DNA of 64,000 nucleotides from Candidatus Calditenuaceae archaeon HR02 (GTDB lineage Archaea > Thermoproteota > Nitrososphaeria_A > Caldarchaeales > Calditenuaceae): assembly GCA_002898395.1 (NCBI GenBank), contig BEHE01000009.1, forward strand, positions 1 through 64,000, given 5' to 3'. Below, in pieces: positions 1-10,422 of the stretch (position 1 is the first letter of the stretch; every line of letters begins with the position of its first letter). The notes beneath the pieces were generated by a model. The model was given only the letters and a program-made list of their open reading frames with translations. It made no database searches and was not told the DNA's origin. The position numbers were made by a program, and so were the translations under genes.

Positions 1-101
1 AGAAGGGTGTTAAGGCTATGCTTGAGGTTAGGAGGCGTGTCGTATATAATCATGGACCGGGGCTGATAGGTATATTCGCCGAAGTATTTGAGAGCGAGTA
101 G
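1..101 (+). CDS. 3' end of a CDS entering the window (unknown product)
   Basis: Open frame ...KGVKAMLEVRRRVVYNHGPGLIGIFAEVFESE ending at TAG 99-101. Confidence 0.4.
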   Translation, partial: KGVKAMLEVRRRVVYNHGPGLIGIFAEVFESE

Positions 102-149
102 CAGCAGGAATTCAACTATATTGGAGAGGGGATAGGATGTATGTGAAGG

Positions 150-2876
150 TTGGCTGAAAGTCAGTACGCCTGGCATGCCCTCGAGACTTCTGAGTGTCTG
201 AGGCTTCTGGGCTCGAATCTTGACACCGGTCTGAGTGGAGATGAAGCGGCTGAGCGGCTTAAGACCCTTGGCCCAAACGTGATCAAACGGGGGAAGAGAG
301 TCTCTCCCCTGAGAATACTTCTGAAACAGTTCTTAAACCTGATGATCATAATCCTAATCGCGGCTACGGCCATATCTGCCCTTCTTGGCGAGGTCATTGA
401 CTCGGTTGTGATTCTTGTAATAGTTTTCTTGGCGGCGTTTTTGGGCTTCTGGCAGGAGTTCCGCTCTGAGAGGATTGTAGAGGCTTTAAAGAGGATGATG
501 GCCCCTAGCTGTAGCGTACTCAGGGACGGCGTCATGGTCGAGGTGAAGGCAGAGGACGTCGTCCCCGGCGATATACTTATCCTCGAGGCAGGGGATAAGG
601 TTGTAGCCGACGCCAGGGTTGTAGAGTCGCATGGTCTACAGGCCTATGAGGCGGCCCTGACCGGCGAGTCAATACCAGTCGCCAAAACCGCATCAGCCCT
701 TCCCGAGGACACTCCCCTCCCAGACAGGTCAAACATGCTTTATGCGGGGACCACGATAACTGCGGGTAAGGGAAAGGCGGTAGTTATTGCGACGGGGATG
801 CGGACGGAGTTTGGAAAGATTGCCAAGGAGGTTCTAGAGATACGAGAGGAGAAGACCCCGCTTGAACGGAGGATGGAGGAGGTCGCGAGGAATCTGGGGA
901 AGATAGTCCTACTGATAATAGCCGTGATTGCGGTTGTTAAGCTGGTGGAGCTTGCACTTCTGGGGAAAGCACTCTCGTATGACCTACTGATAAGCATCTT
1001 CATGTTCGCCGTTGCCCTCGCAGTAGCCGCCGTTCCTGAGGCCCTCCCAGCCATAGTGACAAGCACCCTCGCGGTGGGTATGTGGATGCTCGCTAAGAGG
1101 AATGCTGTTGCGCGGAGCATGACCGCGGTCGAGACACTCGGCTCCACCGAGGTGATATGCTCGGATAAGACTGGGACTATTACCAAGGGCGAGATGGTGG
1201 TTAAGGAGGTCTTTCTGGGCGGGAGATTTCATGAGCTGTCAAATCCACAGGGCGCGGCCGAACTCAAATCAGAGAGGTTGGAGGATAAGTTGCTGCACGA
1301 CCTACAGAGACTAGCATTGGCCGCAGTACTCTCCTCAGACGCTGTAGTCAAAAAGGTGGAAGGCCGCTACGAGGTCTACGGAGACCCAACTGAGGCAGCG
1401 CTCGTGTTAATGGCCGAGAGTTTCGGGGTAGACCATATAGAGGCGCGGTCCAAGCATAGGAGGATCTCCGAGATACCCTTCTCATCTGAACGTAAGCGCA
1501 TGACCACTATCATATCCTCGGGAGGTCGTCTCATGGCCTATATGAAGGGTGCTCCGGAGGTTGTGATTAGACTCTGTAGCAGGGTTCTCGTCGACGGCTC
1601 CATTGCCGAGCTAACTGAGGAGTGGAGGAATAGGCTATCGATTACTAACGAGGAAATGGCAGCCCGCGGACTAAGAGTGTTGGCTGTAGCCGAGAGGGAG
1701 ATCCATGGGCCCATGCCGAGCTTTTCTGAGGAGGAGGTGGAGCGCGGGTTCACCCTGCTTGGGCTTGTGGGAATCATAGACCCTCCGAGGCCCGAGGTGA
1801 AGGAGGCCGTGGAGAAGTGCCGGATGGCGAAGATAAAGCCGATAATGATTACCGGTGATCACCGTTTAACAGCCATAGCCGTGGCCAGAGAGGTTGGCAT
1901 CCATCAGGAGGGCGACATCGTAGTGACTGGAGCTGAGCTTGCGAGGATGAGTGACGATGAGCTCGAGGCGAAGGTTGAGAAAATAACCGTCTACGCCCGC
2001 GTGTCACCTAGTGATAAGCTACGTATCGTAGAGGCTTGGAAGAAGAGGGGAAAGACGGTAGCCATGACTGGTGACGGAGTAAACGACGCACCAGCCCTGA
2101 AGCGCGCAGACATCGGTGTCGCGATGGGATTGACGGGGACTGAGGTGACAAAAGAGGCATCAGACCTTATCCTGCTAGACGACAACTTCTCAACCATCGT
2201 CAAGGCAGTCGAGCTGGGCAGATGGATCTATGACAACATTAAGAAGTATCTGGCGTATCTACTTCAGGCGAACCTTGTCGAGATAGCGGTGATCATGATC
2301 TCGGCGCTCATAATATTACCATTCTTAGGGGTTGGGGGTGAGGAGCTTCTACCACTCCTCCCGGTCCAGATACTCTACATCAACCTAGCGACGGATGGGC
2401 TGCCGGCAATAGCCCTAGGCTTCACCCCGCCTGAGCCCGATATAATGAGGAGGACTCCACGCCCTAGGGGGGAGAAAGTCTTTACCCGCGACGTTAAGGA
2501 ATACTTGGTCAGGGCGCTGATAGTTGAGACGCCTGTCCTGCTTCTAGGCTTTATTGACGCCCTCCCACTGGGCATCGAGGCAGCCCGCAGCAGGCTCTTC
2601 CTAATGTTCGTATTCATCGAGCTGGCTGTGGCCCTTAACACAGTCTCACTTGCGCAGTCGATCTTCAAGTTCCGCCCACACAAGTGGCTCCTCATCACGA
2701 TACTCTGGGAGATTTCATTGATAACGATCCTAACAATCATCCCTGTAACCCGTGAGGCCTTACACATAGTCCCACCCGGCCTGAGGGACATTGCATGGAT
2801 GATGGTTGGAGCCGTAACAACCTTCATGAGTATAGAGCTGCTAAAGCGCTTTGAGATAAGTAGGCTCTACCGCTGA
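150..2876 (+). CDS. Cation-transporting P-type ATPase (type IIA, Ca2+-like)
   Basis: TGES, VPEALP, CSDKTGT phosphorylation motif, KGAPE, TGDGVNDAPAL; multiple TM helices. Confidence 0.95.
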   Translation: MAESQYAWHALETSECLRLLGSNLDTGLSGDEAAERLKTLGPNVIKRGKRVSPLRILLKQFLNLMIIILIAATAISALLGEVIDSVVILVIVFLAAFLGFWQEFRSERIVEALKRMMAPSCSVLRDGVMVEVKAEDVVPGDILILEAGDKVVADARVVESHGLQAYEAALTGESIPVAKTASALPEDTPLPDRSNMLYAGTTITAGKGKAVVIATGMRTEFGKIAKEVLEIREEKTPLERRMEEVARNLGKIVLLIIAVIAVVKLVELALLGKALSYDLLISIFMFAVALAVAAVPEALPAIVTSTLAVGMWMLAKRNAVARSMTAVETLGSTEVICSDKTGTITKGEMVVKEVFLGGRFHELSNPQGAAELKSERLEDKLLHDLQRLALAAVLSSDAVVKKVEGRYEVYGDPTEAALVLMAESFGVDHIEARSKHRRISEIPFSSERKRMTTIISSGGRLMAYMKGAPEVVIRLCSRVLVDGSIAELTEEWRNRLSITNEEMAARGLRVLAVAEREIHGPMPSFSEEEVERGFTLLGLVGIIDPPRPEVKEAVEKCRMAKIKPIMITGDHRLTAIAVAREVGIHQEGDIVVTGAELARMSDDELEAKVEKITVYARVSPSDKLRIVEAWKKRGKTVAMTGDGVNDAPALKRADIGVAMGLTGTEVTKEASDLILLDDNFSTIVKAVELGRWIYDNIKKYLAYLLQANLVEIAVIMISALIILPFLGVGGEELLPLLPVQILYINLATDGLPAIALGFTPPEPDIMRRTPRPRGEKVFTRDVKEYLVRALIVETPVLLLGFIDALPLGIEAARSRLFLMFVFIELAVALNTVSLAQSIFKFRPHKWLLITILWEISLITILTIIPVTREALHIVPPGLRDIAWMMVGAVTTFMSIELLKRFEISRLYR

Positions 2877-2961
2877 GAGGCACCATACGTAATAAGTAGA
2901 TTGGGGCTTTAACAAGCTGTATCCGCGATTATTGCTATATTGCTGACTTGTAGGAGTCTTA

Positions 2962-4587
2962 TTGATGGTTAAGGGGGCCGCACCGATGTCAAGGCCGATA
3001 ATTGGTCGTGGAACGTGGCTGGACAGGGTGGCGCATAGGCTTGTGGAGAGGGAGAAGAAGCTTGGAAGGAGCCTCGACCTACTCTTGACCGAGAGCGGAG
3101 TGGCGGCCAGCGGCATCCCCCATATAGGGAACCTCTCCGACCCCGCCCGCGCCTACGGAGTAACCCTCGCCCTCCGCGGCCTAGGATACAGTTCGGAGAT
3201 GATACTTTTCGTCGACGATATGGACGGGCTTCGGAGCATCCCTCAAGGCCTCCCAAAAGAGCTGGAGGATTACCTACTGATGCCTGTCTCGAGGATTCCA
3301 GACCCCTACGGCTGCCACCAAAGCTATGCCGAGCACATGGTCTCCATGATGACTGACCCCCTCGACCGGATCGGGATCGAGTATAGGCTGTATAAAGCCC
3401 ACGAGGTTTATGAAGGTGGAAAACTGGCTTGGATTGCTGCGGAGATATTGAGCAATGCTGGGAGAGTGGGAGAGGCGATAAAGTCCCTCGTAGGGCAGGA
3501 GAAATTTATGGAACAGCTGCCCTATTACCCTGTCTGCGAATCATGTGGCAGGATATACACGGCCAAGGCGGTCGAGTTCGATAAGGACACCTGGCAGGTG
3601 AGATATGTGTGCAGCGACATCGAGATAAAGAAGAGGATTCACCAAGGATGCGGCTACGAGGGGTGGTCGAGCCTAAAGGATGGAAATGGCAAGCTCCCGT
3701 GGAAGGTCGAGTTCGCAGCCCGCTGGAAGCTCCTCGACGTCCGGTTCGAGGCGTATGGGAAGGACTTGATCGACAGCGTCAGGGTGAATGACTGGGTCTC
3801 AAGGAAAATCCTCGGATTCGAGCCTCCGATGCACATCAGGTACGAGCACTTCATAGACGCCACGAGACGTAAGTTCTCCAAGTCGGTGGGAAACGTCTTT
3901 ACTCCGCAGATGTGGCTTAGATACGCACCGCCAGAGACGATCCTCCTCCTAGTATTCAAGAGAAGCGTGGGTACGAGGGTGGTGACACCCAGCCTAATCC
4001 CGAGGCTTTGGGACGAGACCGAGGAGCTCGAAGATGTTTACTTCGGCCGCGTCAAGGTCCAGGACGAGAGGCTCAGAGCCAAACTCCGTGGCCTGTACGA
4101 GTATATCCACTTACTCAAGCCGCCGAAGGCCCCCAAGACACATGTACCTTTCCGCGTCCTGCTCGAGCTGGCAGCCGTGGCCCCCCAGGAGGGCTTCCGC
4201 GAGTTCGTCGAGAAGCGGCTCAAGAAGTACGGCTACAGGGTCGACGACTATGTCCTCGAGAAGGCCGAGAAGGCCAGGTTATTCGCCATCGACTTCGGAG
4301 GAGCCGGTGAGACGAAGGTGGAGGTGGAGCTTAGTTCTGAGGAGAGGGAGGCCGTAGAGGCTCTGGCCGAGCGGGTCGAGAGGGCCTCTGACGGCGAGGA
4401 GGTTCAGGCCGCAATCTTCGAGGAGGCGAGGCGCCGAGGAATCGATCCACCCAAACTCTTTTCTAAGATCTACCTCCTCCTGTTGGGCCGGCCGAGCGGC
4501 CCCCGGCTTGGACCCTACCTCTACGACGTTGGAAGCGAGAGGCTTAGGAGGGCGCTGGCCAGCCTCTCGAAGGGCCAGCCCGCCTGA
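2962..4587 (+). CDS. lysS: Lysyl-tRNA synthetase, class I
   Basis: SGIPHIGN (HIGH), GKLPWKVEFAARW, KFSKSVGN (KMSKS), GPRLG at the C-terminus; start may be the second or third Met. Confidence 0.95.
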   Translation: MMVKGAAPMSRPIIGRGTWLDRVAHRLVEREKKLGRSLDLLLTESGVAASGIPHIGNLSDPARAYGVTLALRGLGYSSEMILFVDDMDGLRSIPQGLPKELEDYLLMPVSRIPDPYGCHQSYAEHMVSMMTDPLDRIGIEYRLYKAHEVYEGGKLAWIAAEILSNAGRVGEAIKSLVGQEKFMEQLPYYPVCESCGRIYTAKAVEFDKDTWQVRYVCSDIEIKKRIHQGCGYEGWSSLKDGNGKLPWKVEFAARWKLLDVRFEAYGKDLIDSVRVNDWVSRKILGFEPPMHIRYEHFIDATRRKFSKSVGNVFTPQMWLRYAPPETILLLVFKRSVGTRVVTPSLIPRLWDETEELEDVYFGRVKVQDERLRAKLRGLYEYIHLLKPPKAPKTHVPFRVLLELAAVAPQEGFREFVEKRLKKYGYRVDDYVLEKAEKARLFAIDFGGAGETKVEVELSSEEREAVEALAERVERASDGEEVQAAIFEEARRRGIDPPKLFSKIYLLLLGRPSGPRLGPYLYDVGSERLRRALASLSKGQPA

Positions 4588-4595
4588 CATCCACG

Positions 4596-6044
4596 CTACT
4601 TGGCTGTAGCTCTGCCAAGTCTGACATTCCTGAGGCGCGCCGACGGTCCACCGAGCCAGACTGGAATGGCCTGCATGGGGTCTCCCTTCCCGCAGTAGCC
4701 CGCAAAGAACTGCAGGTCCTTGCCTAGAGCATCTATCGCTGAGTAGAGGCCCTGGGTCGTGAGGTCTACGACCGGCTGGAAGACCATGGGGCCCAGATCC
4801 CCATTCTTGATAAGATAGGCCTCAACGCCGACGTATCTCTGGTTCCACCTCTTATCATCTATGTTCCACTCCATGTAGCTCTTCACGTAGACGCCCTCAC
4901 CGATATCCTCTATCAGCTCCTCAAGCGTGTAGTCGCCCGGCTTCATGTAGGTATTAGCCATCCGGACAATCGGCTCCCTATCGAAATTGCTGGCCCTCGA
5001 AGCTGCGTTGCTCTTGACGCCGAACTCTGGGCCGGTCTCGCGGTTGTGGAGGAGCTCCTTTATCACACCGTGCTCGATTAAGACGCGCTCAGACGCCTTT
5101 ACACACTCATCGTCGTAAAGATAGTAGCCGAATGAGTTTGGTAGTGTTGGGTCATCAACTATCGTGACGTGCTCCGACCCTATCCGAGACCCGAGGTGTT
5201 CTCTCGTGATGTAAGTCTCCCCCGCCTGGGCTGCTTCCCGCCCCAGCATCCTGTCGGCCTCGCCAGGATGACCTGCAGACTCGTGGCAGACGAGACCGAT
5301 AATCTCGGACCCGAGGACGACATCCATTGTTCCCTGAGGAGGCTCAACGGCGCTCTTAACAGCCTCGGAGACAACCGAGGCCTCCTCCCGTAGCATCCCG
5401 TCCAGCCTCCATCTCTCCACAGCCTCCCATCCCCTCGACTCGCCAAGATTGATGAAGCGCTGGAGGTATCTGCCCTCGCCGAAGACGCCGAAAATGCAGT
5501 GTAAAGCCGTTACAGGCTTCTCCATATAGACATCACCTCCATCGGTGTTAACTACATGCTTCTCAAGCCTGGTGAGTGTAAGCTCAAACAGCCTTGAGAC
5601 TGCTTTGACGCCGGCCCTCTCAGCGGTCTCCACGATAGCGGAGTCAGCTTCACGTAGAACCTCAATCCGCCCCTCAACAGAGACACCGTCAAATCCAACC
5701 CTTGGCTTGACAACGACCCTCGCCTTCCCCATCTTCTCATCCGAGAACGTTACACCCTTAGTCACAAGCCTCGAGGAAGCCTTCGCGAGCGTCACAGCCC
5801 TCCTCACAGCGGCCTCCACACCCCTCCTAGTAAGTTCCCCCGTCGAGCTAAACCCCAAGGCCTTCCCGACTAGAACCCTGATCCCGACGCCCCTCGAGAC
5901 ATTCCGAGCTGAGACGTCTACAACGCCATTCCTAAGCAGTATCGTTTCATCTACATGCCCCTCAAACCTCGCCTCTGCATAAGAAGCGCCCAGCCTAGAG
6001 GCGGTCTTCACGGCATAGCTTAATAAGTCCTCCAACGGCGCCAT
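4596..6044 (-). CDS. tldD: TldD-family metalloprotease
   Basis: HESAGHPGEAD (HExxGH), DDECV, PIVRMANTY, CGKGDP. Confidence 0.9.
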   Translation of the reverse strand: MAPLEDLLSYAVKTASRLGASYAEARFEGHVDETILLRNGVVDVSARNVSRGVGIRVLVGKALGFSSTGELTRRGVEAAVRRAVTLAKASSRLVTKGVTFSDEKMGKARVVVKPRVGFDGVSVEGRIEVLREADSAIVETAERAGVKAVSRLFELTLTRLEKHVVNTDGGDVYMEKPVTALHCIFGVFGEGRYLQRFINLGESRGWEAVERWRLDGMLREEASVVSEAVKSAVEPPQGTMDVVLGSEIIGLVCHESAGHPGEADRMLGREAAQAGETYITREHLGSRIGSEHVTIVDDPTLPNSFGYYLYDDECVKASERVLIEHGVIKELLHNRETGPEFGVKSNAASRASNFDREPIVRMANTYMKPGDYTLEELIEDIGEGVYVKSYMEWNIDDKRWNQRYVGVEAYLIKNGDLGPMVFQPVVDLTTQGLYSAIDALGKDLQFFAGYCGKGDPMQAIPVWLGGPSARLRNVRLGRATAK

Positions 6045-6337
6045 CTTCTTCCTTCTAAACCCTCACCCTCACTACTAATATTTTCTTCCATCTTGCTCAG
6101 CGCGTTGTTTACCTTCCGCTGGATTCCGAGCGCGCGCATCCTAAGCTCCTCAAACATGCTGATTGTAGAAGGGGAGAGCCGTGGATCGAGGAGCAGGCTC
6201 TCGATCGTCTCTATGACCTCGGATATATTGTTTGCAACCATCTCAAGCCGAGAGCCGCTATTGACCTGCTCCTCAAAGAAGTCCACCGTATCCTTAAGCT
6301 CTTCGTAGATCCTGTGTATCTGCTTTAGCGCCGTCAT
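6020..6337 (-). CDS. Hypothetical helical protein
   Basis: Likely start ATG 6337 (MTALKQ...); amphipathic helices; overlaps the tldD start. Confidence 0.55.
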   Translation of the reverse strand: MTALKQIHRIYEELKDTVDFFEEQVNSGSRLEMVANNISEVIETIESLLLDPRLSPSTISMFEELRMRALGIQRKVNNALSKMEENISSEGEGLEGRRWRRWRTY

Positions 6338-6429
6338 GCACTCTAAAAAAGTCTGACTCAAGCTATAAGTCTTTCCCAAAGCAGCGTAATGGTTTAATAA
6401 CTTATAGCAATCTACACTGAGAAGCGGGC

Positions 6430-7164
6430 TTGGATACAATTACGGTAACCGAGCTATATCCTATGCTCTGGGAGGTTGTTAGAGGAATGGGAAGCTATAG
6501 TAGCAAGCGTGACCTACTCGTTAAAGAGATCTTGGTGAAGCATCCGCGGATTACTCTTGACGAGCTTGCGCTGCAGCTAGGGGTGCTGAGGGGGGAGGCT
6601 CTAATATTGCTGAGGAGCCATCGTCTCTGGTTCTATGAGGTGGATGAGGAGTTGGAGCTATCTAAGAACTTCACGCCAATCTACGATGTGGGCGCCCTGG
6701 GGGGTACATTCGACGAGCTACACGTAGGCCATATCGCTCTCCTCAACACGGCCTTTAGACTCTCGAAAAAGGTGATAATAGGTGTCACCAGCGACGAGTT
6801 TGCCTCTAAGCTGAGAAAGGAGGGGCGGGTCTCGCCGATGAAAGAGAGGGTTAAGGAGCTTAGTAGAGCCCTAGAGAGGTATGGTTGGTTATCGAGAGCT
6901 GAGATAACACAGCTCAACGATCCCTATGGTCCTCTATTATCCGATGAGAGAATTAACGCGTTGGTGACAGGCCCCATAACGCTTGACAGGGCTGAGGAGG
7001 CAGTGAACCTCAGAGTATCGAAAGGCCTGCCGCCAGTATCACTTGAACTCTCCCCTCTGGTACTCGCAGAGGATGGTAGACCCATCAGCAGCACGAGGAT
7101 TAGGCTAGGCGAGGTTGATAGGACTGGAAGACTTATAGCAGACCGAAAAAAAGAAGGGCAATAA
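6430..7164 (+). CDS. coaD: Phosphopantetheine adenylyltransferase (archaeal type) with N-terminal HTH-like extension
   Basis: GGTFDELHVGH, GVTSDEF, LNDPYGP, DGRPISSTRIRLGE. Confidence 0.85.
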   Translation: MDTITVTELYPMLWEVVRGMGSYSSKRDLLVKEILVKHPRITLDELALQLGVLRGEALILLRSHRLWFYEVDEELELSKNFTPIYDVGALGGTFDELHVGHIALLNTAFRLSKKVIIGVTSDEFASKLRKEGRVSPMKERVKELSRALERYGWLSRAEITQLNDPYGPLLSDERINALVTGPITLDRAEEAVNLRVSKGLPPVSLELSPLVLAEDGRPISSTRIRLGEVDRTGRLIADRKKEGQ

Positions 7165-7984
7165 CCGAGAGGATAATAGAGAATATAGTCGTCTGGGAGC
7201 TGAGTCTGTAAAACCTTTTGCAAGCCAACCCAACATATGAGACCAGCCACAGCCAGGACAGCACCGTGGCAAGGGCGCTCCAAGGCTCACGGCTCAAAGC
7301 AGGCTCAGTCACAAAACTATAGCCGCTAAACTCTATACGGTTCCATGAAAGCCTTCCAACCATTATGTCGCCCAAGCTTATAATCTGGTCAGAGACCCTA
7401 GCACTCGCAGACTCTATGAGGAGCGGGTAGCCGTGGCTTGAGGCGTTGTATACTAGCCGTGGCGACCGCAAGACGTGGGTAGCAATTCTCAGCGCTGATC
7501 CGTTAGACCTCAGAACACCATCTATCCCCGCGTTCTCAAGCTTGACCTCGCTTATCTCCGCGTATACTATGACCACGTTGGTGGGAGGCGCTGGAAGTAG
7601 GATGGGAAGTAGGAGTAGCGTCGCCACAGTGAAGGCTAGGAAGCCATGCATAGCTGAGCTAAAAACAGGTATCAGACTCTTTCTCTCCCTCCCCTTCAGA
7701 TAAACAGTAATGGAGAATACCCCGATAACTGCTAGAAACCCCATGCTCAGATATAACGTCGCCAGAAAGACAGTCTCGGGAGCCTCAGTTATAGGGGGGA
7801 GAGGCAGCTTAACATCGGGTGAAGCGTAATCGACTCGTAGCTTCTCTGAGACATAGTAGACCGAGGATGCGATATGGGAGAGAAGGGCAGACAATAATAT
7901 GATGAGACCTCTCCTAAACCTCGTATTCTTAGACATGGACTCCGCCAGAGAAAGCGGGTCAACAATTTCTCTAACACCCTTCAC
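7133..7984 (-). CDS. Hypothetical multi-pass membrane protein
   Basis: 283 aa ORF with about 5 hydrophobic segments. Confidence 0.7.
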   Translation of the reverse strand: MKGVREIVDPLSLAESMSKNTRFRRGLIILLSALLSHIASSVYYVSEKLRVDYASPDVKLPLPPITEAPETVFLATLYLSMGFLAVIGVFSITVYLKGRERKSLIPVFSSAMHGFLAFTVATLLLLPILLPAPPTNVVIVYAEISEVKLENAGIDGVLRSNGSALRIATHVLRSPRLVYNASSHGYPLLIESASARVSDQIISLGDIMVGRLSWNRIEFSGYSFVTEPALSREPWSALATVLSWLWLVSYVGLACKRFYRLSSQTTIFSIILSVIALLFFGLL

Positions 7985-8647
7985 GCCGACACCACTTCAA
8001 TCGGCAACTCTACATCCCTGCCCTACTCTAAAATCTTCCCATAGGATAGGGCGACACAGATAAAAGTAACATTCACGGCCCCGCACTCTAAAGAATATGC
8101 CGGGACATTATAGGGTCACCCAACCTCTTCCAACAAACAATATGGCTCAAACGCCTACCAGCGTTACTGTGGAGAGTGTTATGATGCAGCAGTCCAGGCA
8201 AAACTATTAACACTCTCTTAACCTACATTGCGGGGGATACTACCGCGGACATAGCAACGACCACTTTAAAGGTTCTCAGTCTCGGTATGAGTAGCTAGCC
8301 AGCATGAGAGAGGCCAGCACATTCCATGTTGGAGTGATATAGGGCCCAGCCCATGAAAACTGTGAGACTCTAATACCTTCAGATGCTGCCACGTATCTGA
8401 CGGTGAGTGTCTCTACTATCATAAATGTAGAGATAGCCTAGCAAGAAGATCATGAGTATCTTTTCCAGATTAATGAAGGCTCCATTGGCGATTACTTCGC
8501 GGAGAGCAAGCATCCATCTAATATGGCCGAGGTTTTATGACGAGCAATAAGCCTGATAGAAGCGCCCTTATTATGAAGTTTGGACCTATGATTGCATCGT
8601 ACCATGTTGGGAAGCCTTCATCTCCCAGAAATCTTCCAACACGGAGG

Positions 8648-9337
8648 TTAGAGCTGGTTTTTTCGAATTTCCCTGTAATACTTGCATAGGTCATTTAGGA
8701 CACACTCTCTACACATGGGCTTTCTTGCCCTACAGACATTACGTCCATGGGCTATTAATAGAAGATGCGCCAGGTGTCTCGAGTCGGGGCTGAAGACCTC
8801 TTCCAACCGCTTACGTATCGTCTCATAGCTCGCGCCCTCGTCCACTAGGCCTAGGCGGGCCGAGACCCTCCGGACATGAGTATCCACCGGGACGGTGCGC
8901 GCAATCCCCAACGTGGCCAGTAGGACGTCGGCTGTCTTTCCACCCACACCTGGCATCGACATGAGCCGCTCCCTCACACCCTCTGCATCACCCTTAAGCA
9001 CGTTCCACATATCGCCGCCATACCTCTCCATGACAATTCGGGATACCTCAAGGATGAATCTGGCTTTGGACCGATACATGCCAGCAATGTGTATAGCCTT
9101 CTCAACCCTCCTCTTCCCCGCCTCCAAAATCGCTGGGGGAGTAAGCCCCACATCCCTCTCAAGCGTCTTGAGGGCGTTGAGGGCGGCTTTATCCGTCGTG
9201 TTCTGCGACAATATTGTCGCTACTAGGACCCGGAAGGGGTCTCTGCTCTGGAGATGAGTGTAGAGCGAGACATACTCCTCCGCCTGTATCCTGTATTGCG
9301 TCCTTAGCCTTCGCAGAATCTCCTCGCCGATAGTCAA
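8648..9337 (-). CDS. nth: Endonuclease III (HhH-GPD glycosylase with 4Fe-4S)
   Basis: LVATILSQNTTD, PGVGGKTAD, VDTHV, C-x6-C-x2-C-x5-C. Confidence 0.95.
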   Translation of the reverse strand: MTIGEEILRRLRTQYRIQAEEYVSLYTHLQSRDPFRVLVATILSQNTTDKAALNALKTLERDVGLTPPAILEAGKRRVEKAIHIAGMYRSKARFILEVSRIVMERYGGDMWNVLKGDAEGVRERLMSMPGVGGKTADVLLATLGIARTVPVDTHVRRVSARLGLVDEGASYETIRKRLEEVFSPDSRHLAHLLLIAHGRNVCRARKPMCRECVLNDLCKYYREIRKNQL

Positions 9338-9432
9338 TCTGCACAGAAAGCATTCAGGCGCGAGATAACGATTAACGTTCAGGAGGCTGTGTAGTGTTTA
9401 AATTTGGCTCATAATGCAGACTAGTGGCGTAG

Positions 9433-10356
9433 ATGTCGGCAGCCACGCTGCTTAGAGAGATTCTAAGACCCATATGGGTAGCCGCTAGGCACGTATTCTT
9501 CAAGCCCTACACTTACAAGTATCCATACGAGGAGATACCTAACCTTCCCAGTGAGAACTACAGGTTTGACCCCAAGCAGGGGTTCGCCTACCCGGGCTTT
9601 AAGGGCAGGCACTTACTAATCCTCGAGAAGTGTACCGGCTGTAGCCTCTGCGACATAGCTTGCCAAAACATTGCGGAGGCAATAACAATGGTCTACGCGT
9701 TTGACGTAATCATTGAGGCTGATGAAAAGGATTATAACGAGTTCGCCTCTGGGAGGGGGGTGCTTTCAGAGCTTCTCGACCGGGTGGTGGAGGGGTTCAC
9801 AAAGCCTCTTGTAGAGCCGGGGCCCGGGACAGGCGGGTCGCACCCCCTGTTAGGATTTTTTGCCGACTTGAAGAGGGTAGTCAAGGAACAGGGCAAGACC
9901 TCTATAAGACTCAATGCAGACCCGATATGGGAGCACAATACAGCTACACTATACGGTAACTACCTCGACGAACAATTCAGCCAGCTTGAGAAGAGCGGCT
10001 GGAGCTTCAGCATACTAGAGGACAAGTTCCCAGACGCCATTGTCTACGGGGCCAGCAAGAATGGGTGTAGCGTCAAGATCATAATCCAGAAGCGCGACCT
10101 CAAATACCCCCAGAACAAGAAGTCATATTTCCCGCAGGTAGACTATGGGAGATGCGTCTTCTGCGGCTTCTGCGTCGACGCCTGTCCATTCTACGCACTT
10201 GAGATGACACCAGATGTGGAGCTCTCATCCATTTCTCGCCAAGGCTTGGTCTACAATCCCTACATGCTAGCCGGCCCAAAGATCTCCACTAACCCACCCT
10301 CCACTAACCCAATAGATGCCTTTTACGGCTGGCTAAGGGCTAAGCTTGGCCGGTGA
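9433..10356 (+). CDS. nuoI: NADH-quinone oxidoreductase subunit I with large internal insertion
   Basis: TYKYPYE, GRHLL..KCTGCSLCDIAC, DYGRCVFCGFCVDACP. Confidence 0.85.
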   Translation: MSAATLLREILRPIWVAARHVFFKPYTYKYPYEEIPNLPSENYRFDPKQGFAYPGFKGRHLLILEKCTGCSLCDIACQNIAEAITMVYAFDVIIEADEKDYNEFASGRGVLSELLDRVVEGFTKPLVEPGPGTGGSHPLLGFFADLKRVVKEQGKTSIRLNADPIWEHNTATLYGNYLDEQFSQLEKSGWSFSILEDKFPDAIVYGASKNGCSVKIIIQKRDLKYPQNKKSYFPQVDYGRCVFCGFCVDACPFYALEMTPDVELSSISRQGLVYNPYMLAGPKISTNPPSTNPIDAFYGWLRAKLGR

Positions 10357-10422
10357 CGGCCCGACAAAGGGTTACCTATTTAGCCACCTCTAAAGCGAGA
10401 TTCTTCTGACGGTGGTTCTTGA

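Noticed and set aside
9690-10110. Intein in nuoI
   Set aside because: No N-terminal Cys/Ser block, no His-Asn followed by C/S/T, and no LAGLIDADG motif.
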